Assembly (NCBI GenBank): GCA_951406725.2
Contig: OX597817.1
Span: 170,500,001-170,564,000, forward strand
Reading direction: 5' to 3'
DNA length: 64,000 nt
From: Octopus vulgaris
Taxonomy: Eukaryota
Below, one piece after another: positions 12,751 to 26,687 of the stretch (its first letter is position 1; each line of letters starts with the position of its first letter). Under the pieces are notes generated by a model. The model searched no databases and had not been told where the DNA came from. It worked only from the letters and a program-made list of their open reading frames with translations. The position numbers and the translations under genes are program-made.

Positions 12751-13916
12751 CGTGATGTGGTTGGTATGTTTCTTTTGTGCCATGTGTTTGCAGGGCTTGC
12801 ATTTTGGTTTGCGTACGTGTGATGTAGTTTGTATATGTTTGTGTATAAGTGTGGTAAATATACGTGTAGAGCATGTCATATATGTATTTATGTATGTTCT
12901 CTTTGTGTATGTGTGAATGTGTGTGTTGTCTTGTATAAGTAAACAACTAAATACTATCAGTGCTACAAAGGTCTTCCTCTCTACACTGACTAAGGAAGTA
13001 AAACCATTCAACACATTTACTGGTGCAGAATTATCTTCTCATCAATCGCTCTATTCTGCTTTTGCAATTATCACCAAAGCACTGCTGGATATCTGAAGCA
13101 TCTCGGCTTTCTTCAACCAACCGACGACCACCATCATCACTACCCCGACCACAGCCAATGCGATAATACTGCCACCACCAACACCACTACCATCACCATT
13201 GTCCTCATTGCAAAATGCACACAACCACTTTGTTACCTTAAGTATTATATTAATAAATGCTTTTTCTCCCTCACCTTCTCTTTTGTGTCTGTAGTGGTTG
13301 AAATTATAATCTCTTACAATCAAAATACTAATATGATATTTCTGGTTTACTGTACTTTACCTACCTAATGCTAGCTCTTCTATGGGAACCAATACAATGT
13401 TAATAGTAGGATACAAAGGACATCTGTCTGTCTATGCTATTTATTCATAAGGTGATTATTTAATCTCTATTAACATAAGTGGAAGTGCATGGCTTAGTGG
13501 TTAGGGTGTTGGATTCATAATTGTAAGATCGTGGTTTCAGTTCCTTAACCAGGTAATGCATTGTGTTCTTGAGCAAAACACTTTATTTCACATTGCTCCA
13601 GTCCACTCAGCCGGCAAAATGAGTAATCCTGCAACGGAGCAGCATCCCATCCAGTGAGAATATATATGCCACAGAATCTGGGACACTGGCCTGAGCCTTT
13701 GGCTCTGAAAGGACCTCTGATTGCTTTTATTTTTTTAATCTTATTAACAATAGGCACAGGAGTGGCTGTGTGGTAAGTAGCTTGCTTACCAACCACATGG
13801 TTCCGGGTTCAGTCCCACTGCGTGGCACCTTGGGCAAGTGTCTTCTACTATAGCCTCAGGCCGACCAAAGCCTCGTGAGTGGATTTGGTAGAAGGAAACT
13901 GAAAGAAGCCGTCATA

Positions 13917-13963
<47 letters not shown>

Positions 13964-14429
13964 ATATGTTTGTGTGTCTGTGTTTGTCCCCCTAGCATTG
14001 CTTGACAACCGATGCTGGTGTGTTTACGACACCGTTACTTAGCGGTTTGGCAAAAGTGACCGATAGAATAAGGCTTACAAAGAATAAGTCGTGGGGTCGA
14101 TTTGCTCGACTAAAGGCAGTGCTCCAGCATGGCCGTAGTCAAATGACTGAAACAAGTAAAAGTGTAACATAAAGCATTGTGCTGTTCAAGAGAATGGGGA
14201 TTAATAGATTTTGTCACATTGTTTTTAGAATTTTTATTCAGTCCATATTCTTTCATTATCCTTGACTAGAACCAACACTAGTTCACCTGTTGTTATTGTT
14301 GTTTAGCCCCAGGTCAGCTCTGGTTGAGCAAACCTATCATCAAAACTGTTCCAGCTATGAACATCCAGTTTTCTGTGTATCTGAAACTAAATTGCTCAAA
14401 GCATGCTTTTGTTCAATTTTTTTATTATT

Positions 14430-14656
14430 TTAACCCTTTAACATTAAGATTATTCTGTCAAATAGTTTGCTTATTTATTTACATTGTTTTGAATTAATCA
14501 TGCATTACCTTGTAGCTTCAGAATTTTGATGATTGATTGTTTATTTTTAGGGTGACATTGTAGGGTAGGTGTGATTGACCAGATCTGGCCAATTTAAACA
14601 CAAAACATGTAGAATATTTGGGCCAGATATGGATAGTTTAAATGCTAAAGGCTTAA
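14430..14656. mobile_element. piggyBac-type MITE, family P2 (representative copy)
   Basis: TTAA|CCCTTTA...TAAAGGC|TTAA ends; related copies at 18613-19172 (interrupted), about 31372-31835 (interrupted), 37059-37289 and 58098-58323. Confidence 0.8.
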
Positions 14657-16159
14657 ACAATATTGTATAACACATGGGAGATTTGCCTGCTATTTCTAGC
14701 AAATTGAGTGATCACATAAACACTTCCTGATAGTGTCATGCTATCATAATTTCTTTGAAGTCAAAGGACTAGACTTGCATATCACAATGTTAACTAAGTT
14801 CTATAACTCACCATTGAACACCATTCAATGGTAATAACTATCTAGATATCTTAAAAACTTCACAGTTGGGACTTAGACAAATTGGGCAATGACTTTTTTT
14901 ATTTACATTTTGATCTTATATGCCTTTATTTCTTAATTCATGGTTCTCCTTCTTCACAGTTGAACCCAAAAATTGCATACAACACTATAATGATCAGTGA
15001 TATCAAATCTACTACCTTGGAGCTGCACAATTAAGTTGTGTAGCGAATGGGAAGTCAGCCTGGTTGTAAGTTCATATAGTCTATAGTGTTATGTCCTAAG
15101 CAGTGGAGTAATAAAAGTTCTCAGAGTCCTAAGGATCAAAAGCATTTTTGATACTCTTTCCTCTGTTTTAATTTACAGACATAATAGGCCATAGAAAAGC
15201 AAAATCAAAATCAAATTCGATGACTGGCATCCGTGCTAGCAGGGTGCAAAGGGCACCATACGAGCGTGATCATTGACAGAGCGGCTAACCGGCTTCCGTA
15301 CCAGTGGCACTTAAAGGGCACCATTCAAGCGTGGTCGTTACCAGCATCGCCTTACTGGCACTTGTGCCCGTGCTACTAGGGTGCCAAGAGCACCATCCGA
15401 ATGGGTTCGTTGTAAGAGCAGCCAACAGGCTTCCATGCCAGTGGCACGTAAAAGCGCACCATTCGAGCGTGATCATTACCAAAGTCACCTTACTGGCACC
15501 TGTGCTGTTGGCATGTGTAAGAGGATTAGAGTGAGGTCATTGCCACTACTGCTTGACTGACTCGGAGTGGTTGGCATTAGGAAGGGCATCCAGCTGTTGA
15601 AACTCTGCCAAATCAAGATTGGAGCCTGGTGCAGCCATCAGTCAAAATCGTCCAACCCATGCTAGCATGGAAAGCGGACGTTAAATGATGATACCTGTTT
15701 GTGAAGGGGGTGAAGCCTGCCTGCTCCCTCTACACCCACATGGCATTTTACACTTCTGGCCCTAAGATACAATTATTTACTAGTACTGTGTCTAATTAAT
15801 TAATAGACATGATAGTCCAGAGAAAATTTTGTCTCCATCTCATACTTGTCTTAGATGAGGTAGCAACCACCCTTCTCCCTCACCCATGACAGGTTAAATA
15901 TCTGGCCCTACAGTACAATATTCATTAATACTCTAATTAGAAAACGTCATGCGCAACAGCAATTCAACTAGTGTAGAACAGAAAACTAATATAGCAGGTT
16001 TATTAAATTGATTAACTGTAATCACAAATTTGAGATGATGGACATTGTCAAGATAGATTATAATGGTGATGATGGTAGTGGTTGTCTCATGATTGTGATT
16101 ATAAGGAAGATGTTACTGCAGATATGTTGAGATTTTGGTATCAATATATGATACAGTTA

Positions 16160-16575
16160 GGTGGTGAGCTGGCAGAAACATTAGCACGCCGGGCGAAATG
16201 CTTAGCGGTATTTTATCTGCTGCTACGTTCTGAGTTCAAATTCCGCCGAGGTCGACTTTGCCTTTCATCCTTTTGAGGTCGATTAAATAAGTACCAGTTA
16301 CGCACTGGGGTTGATATAATCGACTTAATCCATTTGTCTGTCCTTGTTTGTCCCCTCTGTGTGTAGCCCCTTGTGGGTACTAAAGAAATAGGTATTTCGT
16401 CTGCCACTACGTTCTGAGTTCAAATTCCGCCGAGGTCGACTTTACCTTTCATCCTTTCGGGGTCGATTGAATAAGTACCAGTTACGCACTGGGGTTGATA
16501 TAATCGACTTAATCCGTTTGTCTGTCCTTCTTTGTCCTCTCTGTGTTTAGCCCCTTGTGGGTAGTAAAGAAATAG
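16160..16575 (+). mobile_element. Tandem (head-truncated dimer) SINE-B
   Basis: Full unit followed at about 16393 by a second unit starting TATTTCGTCTGCC. Confidence 0.85.
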
Positions 16576-17056
16576 ATATATGATTCAATTACGTTAAAAA
16601 ATTTTTGTTTGTATGAAGAAGAGAAGCCCTCTATCAGATGTCCTTCAGCAGCATGACCACAAATCAGCATCATAATATTGATTGTTTTCTTTTCTGTCCC
16701 CTTCCCTCTCCAGTTTCTCTTTCTCAGATGAAGGATTTTGCTCAAAAGGTCAGGAGTCTTAACTTCCCATGCCATACTTACCAAATTTATGAACTTTACT
16801 GAATAATTTTTGCGAAAGCAGCAGACCATCACAAGTTTCCTTGGACTGTTTTTTTTTCCTTTTCTTTTTCGTTTTTTTTTCTTTAAATTATCAGTTTTAG
16901 TTGATTTAAACAGTCATGAATTTTATTTTTTATTTTGTATGGTTCACTAACGATGCACTGACATGAACAGCTATAATTATGGAGAACAGTTTCTCCATAA
17001 CATTTTCTGATAATCACAGGCAGAGCATCATCTTTATTGATTTTTGTTGTTTTTTT

Positions 17057-17088
<32 letters not shown>

Positions 17089-17909
17089 AAGCAAAATATA
17101 TTGTGGGTGTTTTCTTCTGATTGATGAATATTTGAATATGGTAAGGAAGTCTTTTTTTTTTTTATTATAGAGTTCTTGAAAATAAATTAGCTGGCTAAAT
17201 GGTGAAACACTTCAATAATAATTCCTATTGCAATCAAAACTAATTTTTTTTTAACAAAATCATTGAAAATATTTGAACAGATAGATGAATAGATTGGTAG
17301 ATAGATAGATAGAGAAAGAGAGAAAGAGAGAGAGAGAGAAAGAGAGAGAGAGAATAACTACTATATAGAAATTTGACCAGCAGCCATTTTTATGATTTGG
17401 GAATAAAGATGAATTTATTATTGTTGTTCTTGTAGACACTTATAAACTACAGTTTCTTTATGGCTGGAGGAAACTGTTAGAATAGTCAGGTGATTATTAT
17501 CATTCTTTCGACGTCTATTGTTATCGTCATCTTCAACATCTTCAGGAGAGTTATTATAATTGTCACCATCATCCTCTTTATCGTTTTATTATTGCTTAAA
17601 CCTATGGCTGTAAGCATTTCCATTTTTGATAACTGCTCTTCTTATTCTTTTCATTTTCGTAAGCATGTTGAATGGGATTTCTAAAAATTACCTATTTTGC
17701 CTCAAAATATTTGTCAGTGCTAACTACTCCAGTTTTGTAGTCTATTGTACTATCATCTGCCAATTATCACATGCCTATAACCACTATCTCCTGCCTCATG
17801 TACTGTTACCATCCACTACCTTGACGTATCCATGCTTCCATCATCCACCTCAATTCTAGTTACTACCTTCTACTGTAGATACTAATTCTATAATAGCTAT
17901 CACCAACTA

Positions 17910-18329
17910 TAGGGCAGCGAACCGGCAGAAATGTTAGCACGCTGGGCGAAATGCTTAGAGGTATTTCGTCTGCCGTTACATTCTGAGTTCAAATTCCGCT
18001 GAGGTCGACTTTGCCTTTCATCCTTTCGGTGTCGATAAATTAAGTACCAGTTACGCACTGGGATTGATGTAATCGACTTAATCCCTTTGTCTGTCCTTGT
18101 TTGTCCCCTCTGTGTTTAGCCCCTTGTGGGTAGTAAAGAAATAGCTATTTCATCTGCAGCTACGTTCTGAGTTCAAATTCCACCAAGGTCGACTTTGCCT
18201 TTCATCCTTTCAGTGTCGATAAATTATGTACCAGTGATGCACTGGGGTCGATGTAATCAACTTAATCCGTCTGTCTGTCTTTGTTTGTCCCCTCTCTGTT
18301 TAGCCCCTTGTAGGTAGTAAAGAAATAGG
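17910..18329 (+). mobile_element. Tandem SINE-B dimer with target-site duplication
   Basis: Flanked by TATAATA(G/A)CTATCACCAACTA at 17889-17909 and 18330-18350. Confidence 0.88.
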
Positions 18330-18668
18330 TATAATAACTATCACCAACTACCATCATGTGTCCATTGCTCTACCATCACCTATACTTACTAGCTACCTAC
18401 ATCACATACTTCTACTCTAACTACCACCCACAACTGTCACCTGTCTTTCTTCTACCTTTCCTTTAGCGACTGTTTTATTACCATCATATGTCCAAATCGT
18501 CATCCATCATCCCATGTTTCTTCCCTAGTACTATTCTCTGCTGTCACATCCATTCTACCATCAGCTGAAGCTACCATCCACTACCATCACACTACCAAGG
18601 AATTAAAGTCATTTAACCCTTCAGCATTCAGATTAAAATGTCAAATGTAATACTCCTTTATCCATGTA

Positions 18669-18998
18669 CTCTTGTGTCTGGAAAGAGTCATTTTCTTTTT
18701 GTGCCTCATAATATAACACACTCACTGGTAAAATTTCCACTCTTTTCTTATTTTTATTTTCCTAAAATTTTCGTTGCGTCTTACAACCTTTTCCATAGTT
18801 TTGACTCTATTGAAAAGGTTGCAAGATGCAATGAAAATTTTAGGAAAATAAAAATAAGAAAAGAGTGGAAATTTTACCAGTGAGTGTGTTACATTATAAG
18901 GCACAAAAAGAAAATGACTCTCCCCAGACACAACAGAATATGCTTCAACACACGAACTCATATAAAGAATCTTGCAAACCAAATCCAAAAACGAAAAA
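18669..18998 (+). mobile_element. Penelope-like non-autonomous insertion (127-bp inverted repeat) inside MITE P2
   Basis: Arms 18672-18798 and 18807-18933; 12-bp direct repeat TTTATCCATGTA at 18657-18668 and 18999-19010; hammerhead-like motif at the centre. Confidence 0.65.
18806..18844 (+). ncRNA. Minimal type I hammerhead ribozyme-like motif, U3-A8 variant
   Basis: TCTA-TTGAAAA-G-GTTGC-aagat-GCAAT-GAAA-AT-TT-TAGG; mirror copy at 18761-18798(-) has core TGGAAAA. Confidence 0.5.
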
Positions 18999-20805
18999 TT
19001 TATCCATGTAGTTTTGAATTAATCTTGTTGCTTTGAGATTTCAATGATATGACTGTCTATTTTCAGAATGACATCCTAAGTCAGTGTGAGAGGCCAGAGT
19101 TGGCCAGTTTTAAACATTAAGCAAGTAGAATATTTGGGCCAGATATGGTCAGTTTAAATGCTAAAGGTTTAAATTCTTAAGACAGGTTTAGCATGAATCC
19201 TACATTCAATGTTCACCATTGTGTCATTCTAAAAAATTAACAAAGGAATGTTTCGCTATATGTGTGGCTAGTTATGGAGTATATTTTGTACAGGCATTCT
19301 CACATTGTGGGAGTGTTGCATTCACGAAAATCTCTTGTTGGGATTGAATTTCATAACATGAAGTAAGTTTGTGTTTTTCTATGCCTGGCTCTAGTAGATG
19401 CTGGCATGGCTGTATTGTTAAGAACATACAACCTCAGGCCGACAAAAGCCTGATGAATGATTGGATAGACAGAAAATAAAGAAAGTCCTCTGTGTGTGTG
19501 TTTATATATAGGCACAGGTGTGGCTCTGTGGTATGAAGTTTGCTTTCCAACCACATGGTTCTGAGTTCAGTCCTACTGTATGACACCTCAGGAAAGGGAC
19601 TTCCACTATAGCCCCAGGCTGACTAAAGCCTTGTGGATGGATTTGGTTGATGGAAACTGAAAGAAGCCTGTTGTGTGTGTGTGTGTGTGTCCGTCCGGGA
19701 GTTGCAACCTATACGAAGTGCTAGTATTTACTGAGCCTGTGAGGGAACTTCTTTACAGTTCCTCAACCTGCTAAAAATAACAACCAAATCTTCTGAAAAT
19801 GACACCCTTTTACAAGCGGTGAGTGACATTGGATAATATAATCTTGGGTATGTCCCAACCTCACACAGAATGGCATGATTGCAATGGAATATCTTTGACT
19901 ATAATTCTAATTGATAAAGGCTTTACTCTTTTACTAGTTTCAGTCATTTGACTGTGGCCTTTCTGGAGCACCACCTTTAGTCAAGCAAATGGACCCCATG
20001 ACTTATTCTTTGTAAGCCTAGTACTTATTCTATCGGTCTCTTTTGCTGAACCACTAAGTTATGGGGACGTAAACTCACCAACGTCGGTTGTCAAGCGATG
20101 TTTGGGGGACAGACACAGACACACAAACATATACACACACATACATACATATATACATACATATATACATACATACATACGACGAGCTTCTTTCAGTTTC
20201 TGTTTACCAAATCCACTCACAAGGTTTTGGTTGGCCCGAGATTATAGTGAAAGACACTTGCCCAAGGTGCCACACAGTGGGACTGAACCTGGAACCATGT
20301 GGTTCGTAAGCAAGCTACTTACCACACAGTCACTCCTACACCATAGCTCCTTGCTAAATAGCTAAACTACAACAACTAATAGCAAACAATCTATAAGAAA
20401 TGATGTTACTTTGTAACTTTGTCAGTCAATATACTTCTATTATATTTCATTTTATTTCTGTAAAACTAATTTTCTCTTGCATATAACTCTAGAATGTGGA
20501 CATGTTGAATTGAGTAAGGTCATATATTATCTAAATAATTTGATAACGAAAGAAAAGAAAGTATAAGATTTGTTTTTACTTGGTAATTGTCTAGAAACAA
20601 ATTGACTTTTTAAGCTTTAGTAGTTTCTGAGATACAGGAGTAAGCTATCAAACATAAAACCTGGCAGATAGTGTAGTAAGTAATGAATGTTTTGGTTGTT
20701 GGATATGTTTGTTTGGGGAATTGATGATAGTGATGCACTGAACAGGGGCTGTTTGGAAAGATAGTGTAGTGTACAGCCTTGTGCCAACATGGAAATTATA
20801 ACAAA

Positions 20806-21204
20806 CTAGCAGTATCGCCCGGCGTTGCTCGGGTTTGTTTCGACCCTTTAGAATTGGAATTTTTGAAAAGTAAAAATTTTGCATTATGTAGTTTGTTATT
20901 CTCTTTGAGTGAACATTTTTCTGGTTGAAATACACCAAAAAATGGCGACACAGCAGTCAAAGAATCGTAAAAAAAAATAGGGATTTTCATAGAAAAAAAG
21001 CACCTTTTTTATGTAAATAATTTTTGGTGTTAACATTGTCCGATTTGAATTTTCTCTTCTACGGAAGGAAGAGCAAGCCTTCTTCTATCATACTCTCAAT
21101 TTTGGTCAACTTGCGCCTCAGGGTCTCGGAGGAGATAGTGTTAGTTGAAGGCTACCAAAGTTGCCATACACAGACAACTTCAGCTTTATATATATATATA
21201 GAGA
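20806..21204 (-). mobile_element. Non-autonomous Helitron-like element
   Basis: Minus strand begins A|TCTCTATATATATA..AAGCTG and ends with a GC-rich hairpin plus CTAG|T; no TSD, A-T insertion site. Confidence 0.75.
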
Positions 21205-22768
21205 TGATGATAATGATGGAAATGGCAGCAACTATGATGATTCTAGTTTGCTGACAAGTTAAAAGTGATATCACATATCGGTTGAGTTATGTAATTACAT
21301 TGTTGTGTTGTCGTGCAATTATGTGTTGAAATTCAACTGACATCTTGTTTTAAATTCTCAACTGATTGGAAGAGATAAAGTTCAATGAACATCAGCAATA
21401 TTTCAAGAACCCTTTATGTCCTGTCCTGTCTTCTCACATATTAAACCATTTTATAGCAAGTCATCTGTTCTTGTAAGACCGCCAATAAAACAGCTTCAGA
21501 AATTGTTCATTTGTCTGCAGAAATCTCATTAAGAATATGACAATGAGAATCATTTAAATTTGACAGAATTCTAGAAGTGTTCTGGGTCCCCCCCCCTCTC
21601 TCTTTTTGAATAGATTTGTCTTGTTTCTAATTTGTTTCATCATCGTTTTAATTCTCTTTTATGAATTGCTATAATTTTTCTTTCATAAATATTTTGAATA
21701 CAAGCGCAAGGCCCCCATAACATAAAAGGAAATAATCATAGCTAATTGGATTGACCTGAGTACATGATTAGTATGTATTCATTATTGCCAAAAAGATGAA
21801 TGACAACTCCAACTCTTATGTGATTCTAACCAGGACATATTTATTCCATTGATACAGTGTTATAGTTCATGTTTACACCATCAGCTCTGTATTGTATAAC
21901 TTTACTGTTGCAATTTCATTACTAAACACTGTCTAGTATCATAATCTTCGGCTATGATAGTCTTAATGTCCTCTGCTTATCATGCTTATGCCATGTTTCA
22001 TTATCCTCTCCTTTAAACTGAGAAGATTCCACATCGGAACAGTAAGCCATTTAACCAGTCACCTGTTTCTAGACAATCAAGATGTCCATTAATGCATTTC
22101 ACTAATGGTCAATTCAGCCGTTTAAGGTAGCTTCACTTTCACTGATTGCATATGAATTCATCCACCCATTAATCCATAGGTCCTGACCTTAACCACTTGA
22201 TCTTTCCCTGTAATCTGTGGAAACTAAATATAAACTAGCAGGCCACTAGATAGCAGCAACACATTTCTAATTTTGGTTTGTTTCCACTGAGACTATGCTT
22301 TAAAGGTTGGTATGTTTGAAATCAATATATAAATCAGAAGACTGCCATGTCTAAATGGCATTGAACCACAGATCAACTGATGACAGAAGTGTTATTTACA
22401 GTCTTCAAATAAAGCACCTCATTTCATGTACAGTTTGTTTTTAAACTTTTGACTTGGCAGTAAATAGTTGTTGCTGTTGTTGAATTTGTTTTTGTAGTAC
22501 ATTCAGCTATATCAATCTCAGTCCTTATCTGATATTTATTCTATTAATTCTCGGGAGGTTAAGTTGACTCTGGTGGGATTTGAACTCAGAATAGAAAGAA
22601 ATGGGACTAAATATTGTTAGACATTTTGTTGAACTCTCTACAGATTCTCCCATCTGCAACTCGAATAATGACAAATACTTTTATTAACACTCTACTGAGA
22701 GCAGAGGAATATCAATTACAAGGATACTTTACAAAAACAATGGATTTTTTTTATATCAAGTATGGTGG

Positions 22769-22802
<34 letters not shown>

Positions 22803-24062
22803 GATGGGTCATGAAAATTTTTGAAAAAAAAAGAAAGATCTACAATAAAATATTCATCGTAAGATAGTTCCTCTATGGAAACAGCCACATGAGGCCAATC
22901 AAAGAAGCTCGCAGATCCTGGATTATCCTGATTATCATGGGGCTTTAAAATAATAATGCTAAATGCTGCTATTGAACAAATCTTGTTTGTACATGGTCAT
23001 TAATCATTCTCAATGTTGCCTGAAGAATTACACCCTGTGTCTTTTGTTTACTTCTTGTCTCACAGAACATTCTTCCAACTGTTTTCGTTTCTTGGTATTG
23101 TCATCTTTGTCAGCTCCTTTGTTCAACTTTGAATTAGAATAATTAATAGAGGATGTCACCTCATCAATTGTCTGCGTCTCTCTCTCTTTCTCTCTCTCTC
23201 TGTCTCTCTCTCTCTCTACTTGTTTCAGTCATTGAATTGTGGCCACTGCCTTGAAGGGTTTAGCCAAACAAATTGATACCAGTACTTATTTTTAAGTCTG
23301 GTGCTTATTCTATCAGTTTCTTTTTTTTTTGTCAGACTGCTAAGTTACATAGACATAAGCAAAATAAACAAACCATCACAGGTTATCAGGTGGTGGCAGG
23401 AGACAAACACACACACACACTCAATGGGCTTCCACACAGTTTCTATCTACCAAATTCACTCATAAGTAATTGGTCATTCTGGAGCTATTGTAGAAAACAC
23501 TTGCCCAAGGTGTTGTGCTGTGAACTGAACCTGGCACCATGTGGTTGCCTAGCAATCTTCTTAACCACTCAGCTTTACCTGAGTATAATCACTGCCTACT
23601 CAAATATGTTTTTGTTTTGTTGTTCTTTTTTGTGGAGAAGGATATTAGGGGGAGTCTACCTCTATGTAAAACACCTGCTTCCACCCTCCACCCCACTCCA
23701 TCCCAGCATTCTTCTTGTCATCTCTAAGAAATAATTGTTATGCAAGCTTGACATATAATATGTCAGTAACTTTTGGTTACAAGCTTCAGAGTTGACACCA
23801 ATTAGAGATGATAGCATATTTTGATATATTTTGATTGCTCCCTTTGTGCATGTGCGGAGGAGTTAGAAGAGAGTGGGTGAGGTCTTATCACAAGATGTTC
23901 TATCTCTTGAAACAGACAGTGAGGAACCTTGGCTGGTGGTGAGATGCTGTGCTGAAACAGACCCGTCCAACCCATGCTAACAACCACAGGTCAACAGATG
24001 GAATCTGCTAAGTTTGATTCTGTGATCTGTCATTAAATTAATTGCTCTGTTCTGACATTACA

Positions 24063-24291
24063 TTAACTCTTTCATTACTGTATTTATTTTGAGATGCTCT
24101 GTGTTTCTTTCAATTACTTTAAATGTAGCAAAGAATTTAGTAAAATAACTTGGTTATCATTCAGCTGGTGTTAGGAACCATAAATTGTGACTAAGGTTTG
24201 GTGGAAGATTTTAATTCAAAACTTATGAAAACAAGACATTTGTACTCAGAGCCAGAGCCGGTTTCAGCCGGGTTGGTAACGAAAGGGTTAA
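24063..24291. mobile_element. piggyBac-type MITE, family P1 (representative copy)
   Basis: Family consensus ends TTAA|CCCTTTCGTTAC ... GTAACGAAAGGG|TTAA; other copies at 24505-24734, 48724-48951, 48976-49203 and 52324-52985 (interrupted by SINE-A). Confidence 0.85.
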
Positions 24292-25257
24292 AGTGTTCTT
24301 AGTTAAAACCTCCCACCAGAATTTCATATTAATTTATGCTTCAAATGCCACCATAATAATATTTTCAAAAAAAAAAAAAAAAAAAAGCCTAGAAAGGTTA
24401 AATGAAACAGCAGTCACTAAAGAATGTTTACATAGGTATGTCTTTTCTCATGTCAGTTCCATAATCATCTGCCACCTCTGGTTCTATGGCACAAACTTCC
24501 TTTTTTAACCCTTTCGTTACTGTATTCATTTTGAGATGCTCTGTGTTTCTTTCAATTACTTTAAATATAATAAAGAATTTAGTAAAATAACTTAGTTATC
24601 ATTCAGCTAGTGTTAGGAACCATAAATTGTGACTAAGGTTTGGTGGAAGATTTTAATTCAAAACTTATGAAAACAAGACATTTGTACCACTGAGCCAGAG
24701 CCGGTTTCAGCCGGGTTGGTATCAAAAGGGTTAAGAGTAGTTACCAAATATAAATTGATGTTTCTATTAAACATCCTCTCTGCAATTTCCGTCCTATGTA
24801 CAGAGCTTGCTAAATTGCTTACAACACAATATTTTATTCATTGCTTACTTCTGTATTTTGCATGGCATGCCATATTGTCTATGGCATTCTAACAATCTAC
24901 TATCTTACATCTTGTTATTTCTCTCCTCCTCCTTCTCTCCCCGTCTCCTTCCAATATTTCCATGCTTTTATTAATAGCTTTACCTGTTTTGAGTTCTACA
25001 GTTAAAAATGAATTATTCCATGCTTCTCAAAGTTTCTGAATTCTCGTGATGGTGATTTTTTTATAGGGGAAAAGTTTACAGTGAGTTTGAAGTTTTGGCT
25101 CATTTGATGTCATCAGCCTGAAACTTTGAAGTCACCGTTAAGCTTTTCTTTGTAAAAATGAATTTGTTCTCAGCTGGAAACATATTGAGTAATCCTTCAG
25201 ATTATTGCTAAATTAGTTTTATAAATAACATGATATAAAAACAAACAAAAATATATA

Positions 25258-25291
<34 letters not shown>

Positions 25292-26488
25292 CACAGGTGT
25301 AGCTGTGTGGTAAGAGTGTAATCTTCTCATGGTTTCAGGGTCATCTCACTGTGTTGCTCCATGGGGGCAAGTGTCTTCTGCAATAGCCCTGAGTTGACCA
25401 AAGCCTTTTGAGTGATAGATGGAAACTGAAAGAAGCCTGTTGCACACACACACATACACACATATATATAATATTAGGGAATATTATTCCAAACTTACAG
25501 GGAAAAATTCAATTTAGTAATACTAAATAAAATTTCACAATATATAATATATGTATATAAATTAGAGAAGAACCACTTTTTTACAACATTTAACATCTGT
25601 TTTCTATGCTAAATGTTGATGATAATGATATATAAGTATTTGCAATATTGCATGTGTTTTATTGTGTGTGTTACTATTGCCTTGCTTTGACTTTGCATGA
25701 TAGTTGTGAGTTCCACTGTCATACAAGTCGTGTCTTTCACTTCCAGTCCTCCATGAAATCATGTCTTGGTCATAGGGAAATATTACCCTGCTTGGAAACA
25801 GGTGAAGGTTGGTGACAGGAGAGGCATCCAGCTGTAGAAAGTCTACTTCAACAAATTCCATCAAACCCATTTGAGCAGAGAAAATTAGATGTTAAATGAT
25901 GATGATGATGATGATGTGTTTATGTGTGATGCTGCAACTGGCTTAATTCAAAGGAACCCCTCTTTGATCATTCATCCTGATAGAAACAACAACCACATGT
26001 TCTTCAAATTACACTCTTACCAGATTAAAATTAGATACTATTGTCCTAGGTTGCCAAAAAGATGAGACATTGCAGATCCTTCATTGAGTTTTTATGTCTT
26101 TTACTGCAGTTATTTGGTGCAGTAAAATACTGTTGCACTTGTCTTGTAAAAATGTGAAAACAAAAAATACAGACCAAATGTTAATTTATACCAGGCACTT
26201 GCTTAACATTTCTATGTATTTTCTGTGTTCTGAGTTTAAAAGATAAGTAAGTATATCCTTTGATAAATTCTAGTGTAGTTTTGCTTTGAAGTTTGGTCAC
26301 AATATGGCTGTAAGTGCCAGCTTCAGTTTGTAGTATGATGTAGGTGGGAATAGATTTAGTTGTGTGTTTTGTATGCTGTACAGATTTGACTGACCAGTAC
26401 AGTGGAAACAAGTAATACTAATTCACACTAAAATGATTTGCTGCAAGCTTCTTTATCGCAAAACCGTGTCTGCACCCTTAGGGATACA

Positions 26489-26687
26489 CAAGGAGGTACT
26501 GAAAAGTTTCTGGTTTTGGGCAAAAGAAAATAGAGGAGGATCAGTTAATCGTAATTTTATTCAACATATTCCCCTATTAGCAGTCTTTCAGTTTTTCTAA
26601 GCTATGTAAAAGAACTCAGAAGGTTGGGCCTCCACCCAGGCCCTTCATGATACCCTTAAAGCCAGGAACTTTTCAGCGCCCCCTCCT
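26489..26687. mobile_element. mariner-type MITE
   Basis: Imperfect TIRs AGGAGGTACTGAAAAGTTTCTGG ... CCAGGAACTTTTCAGCGCCCCCTCCT, TA at right flank. Confidence 0.65.
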
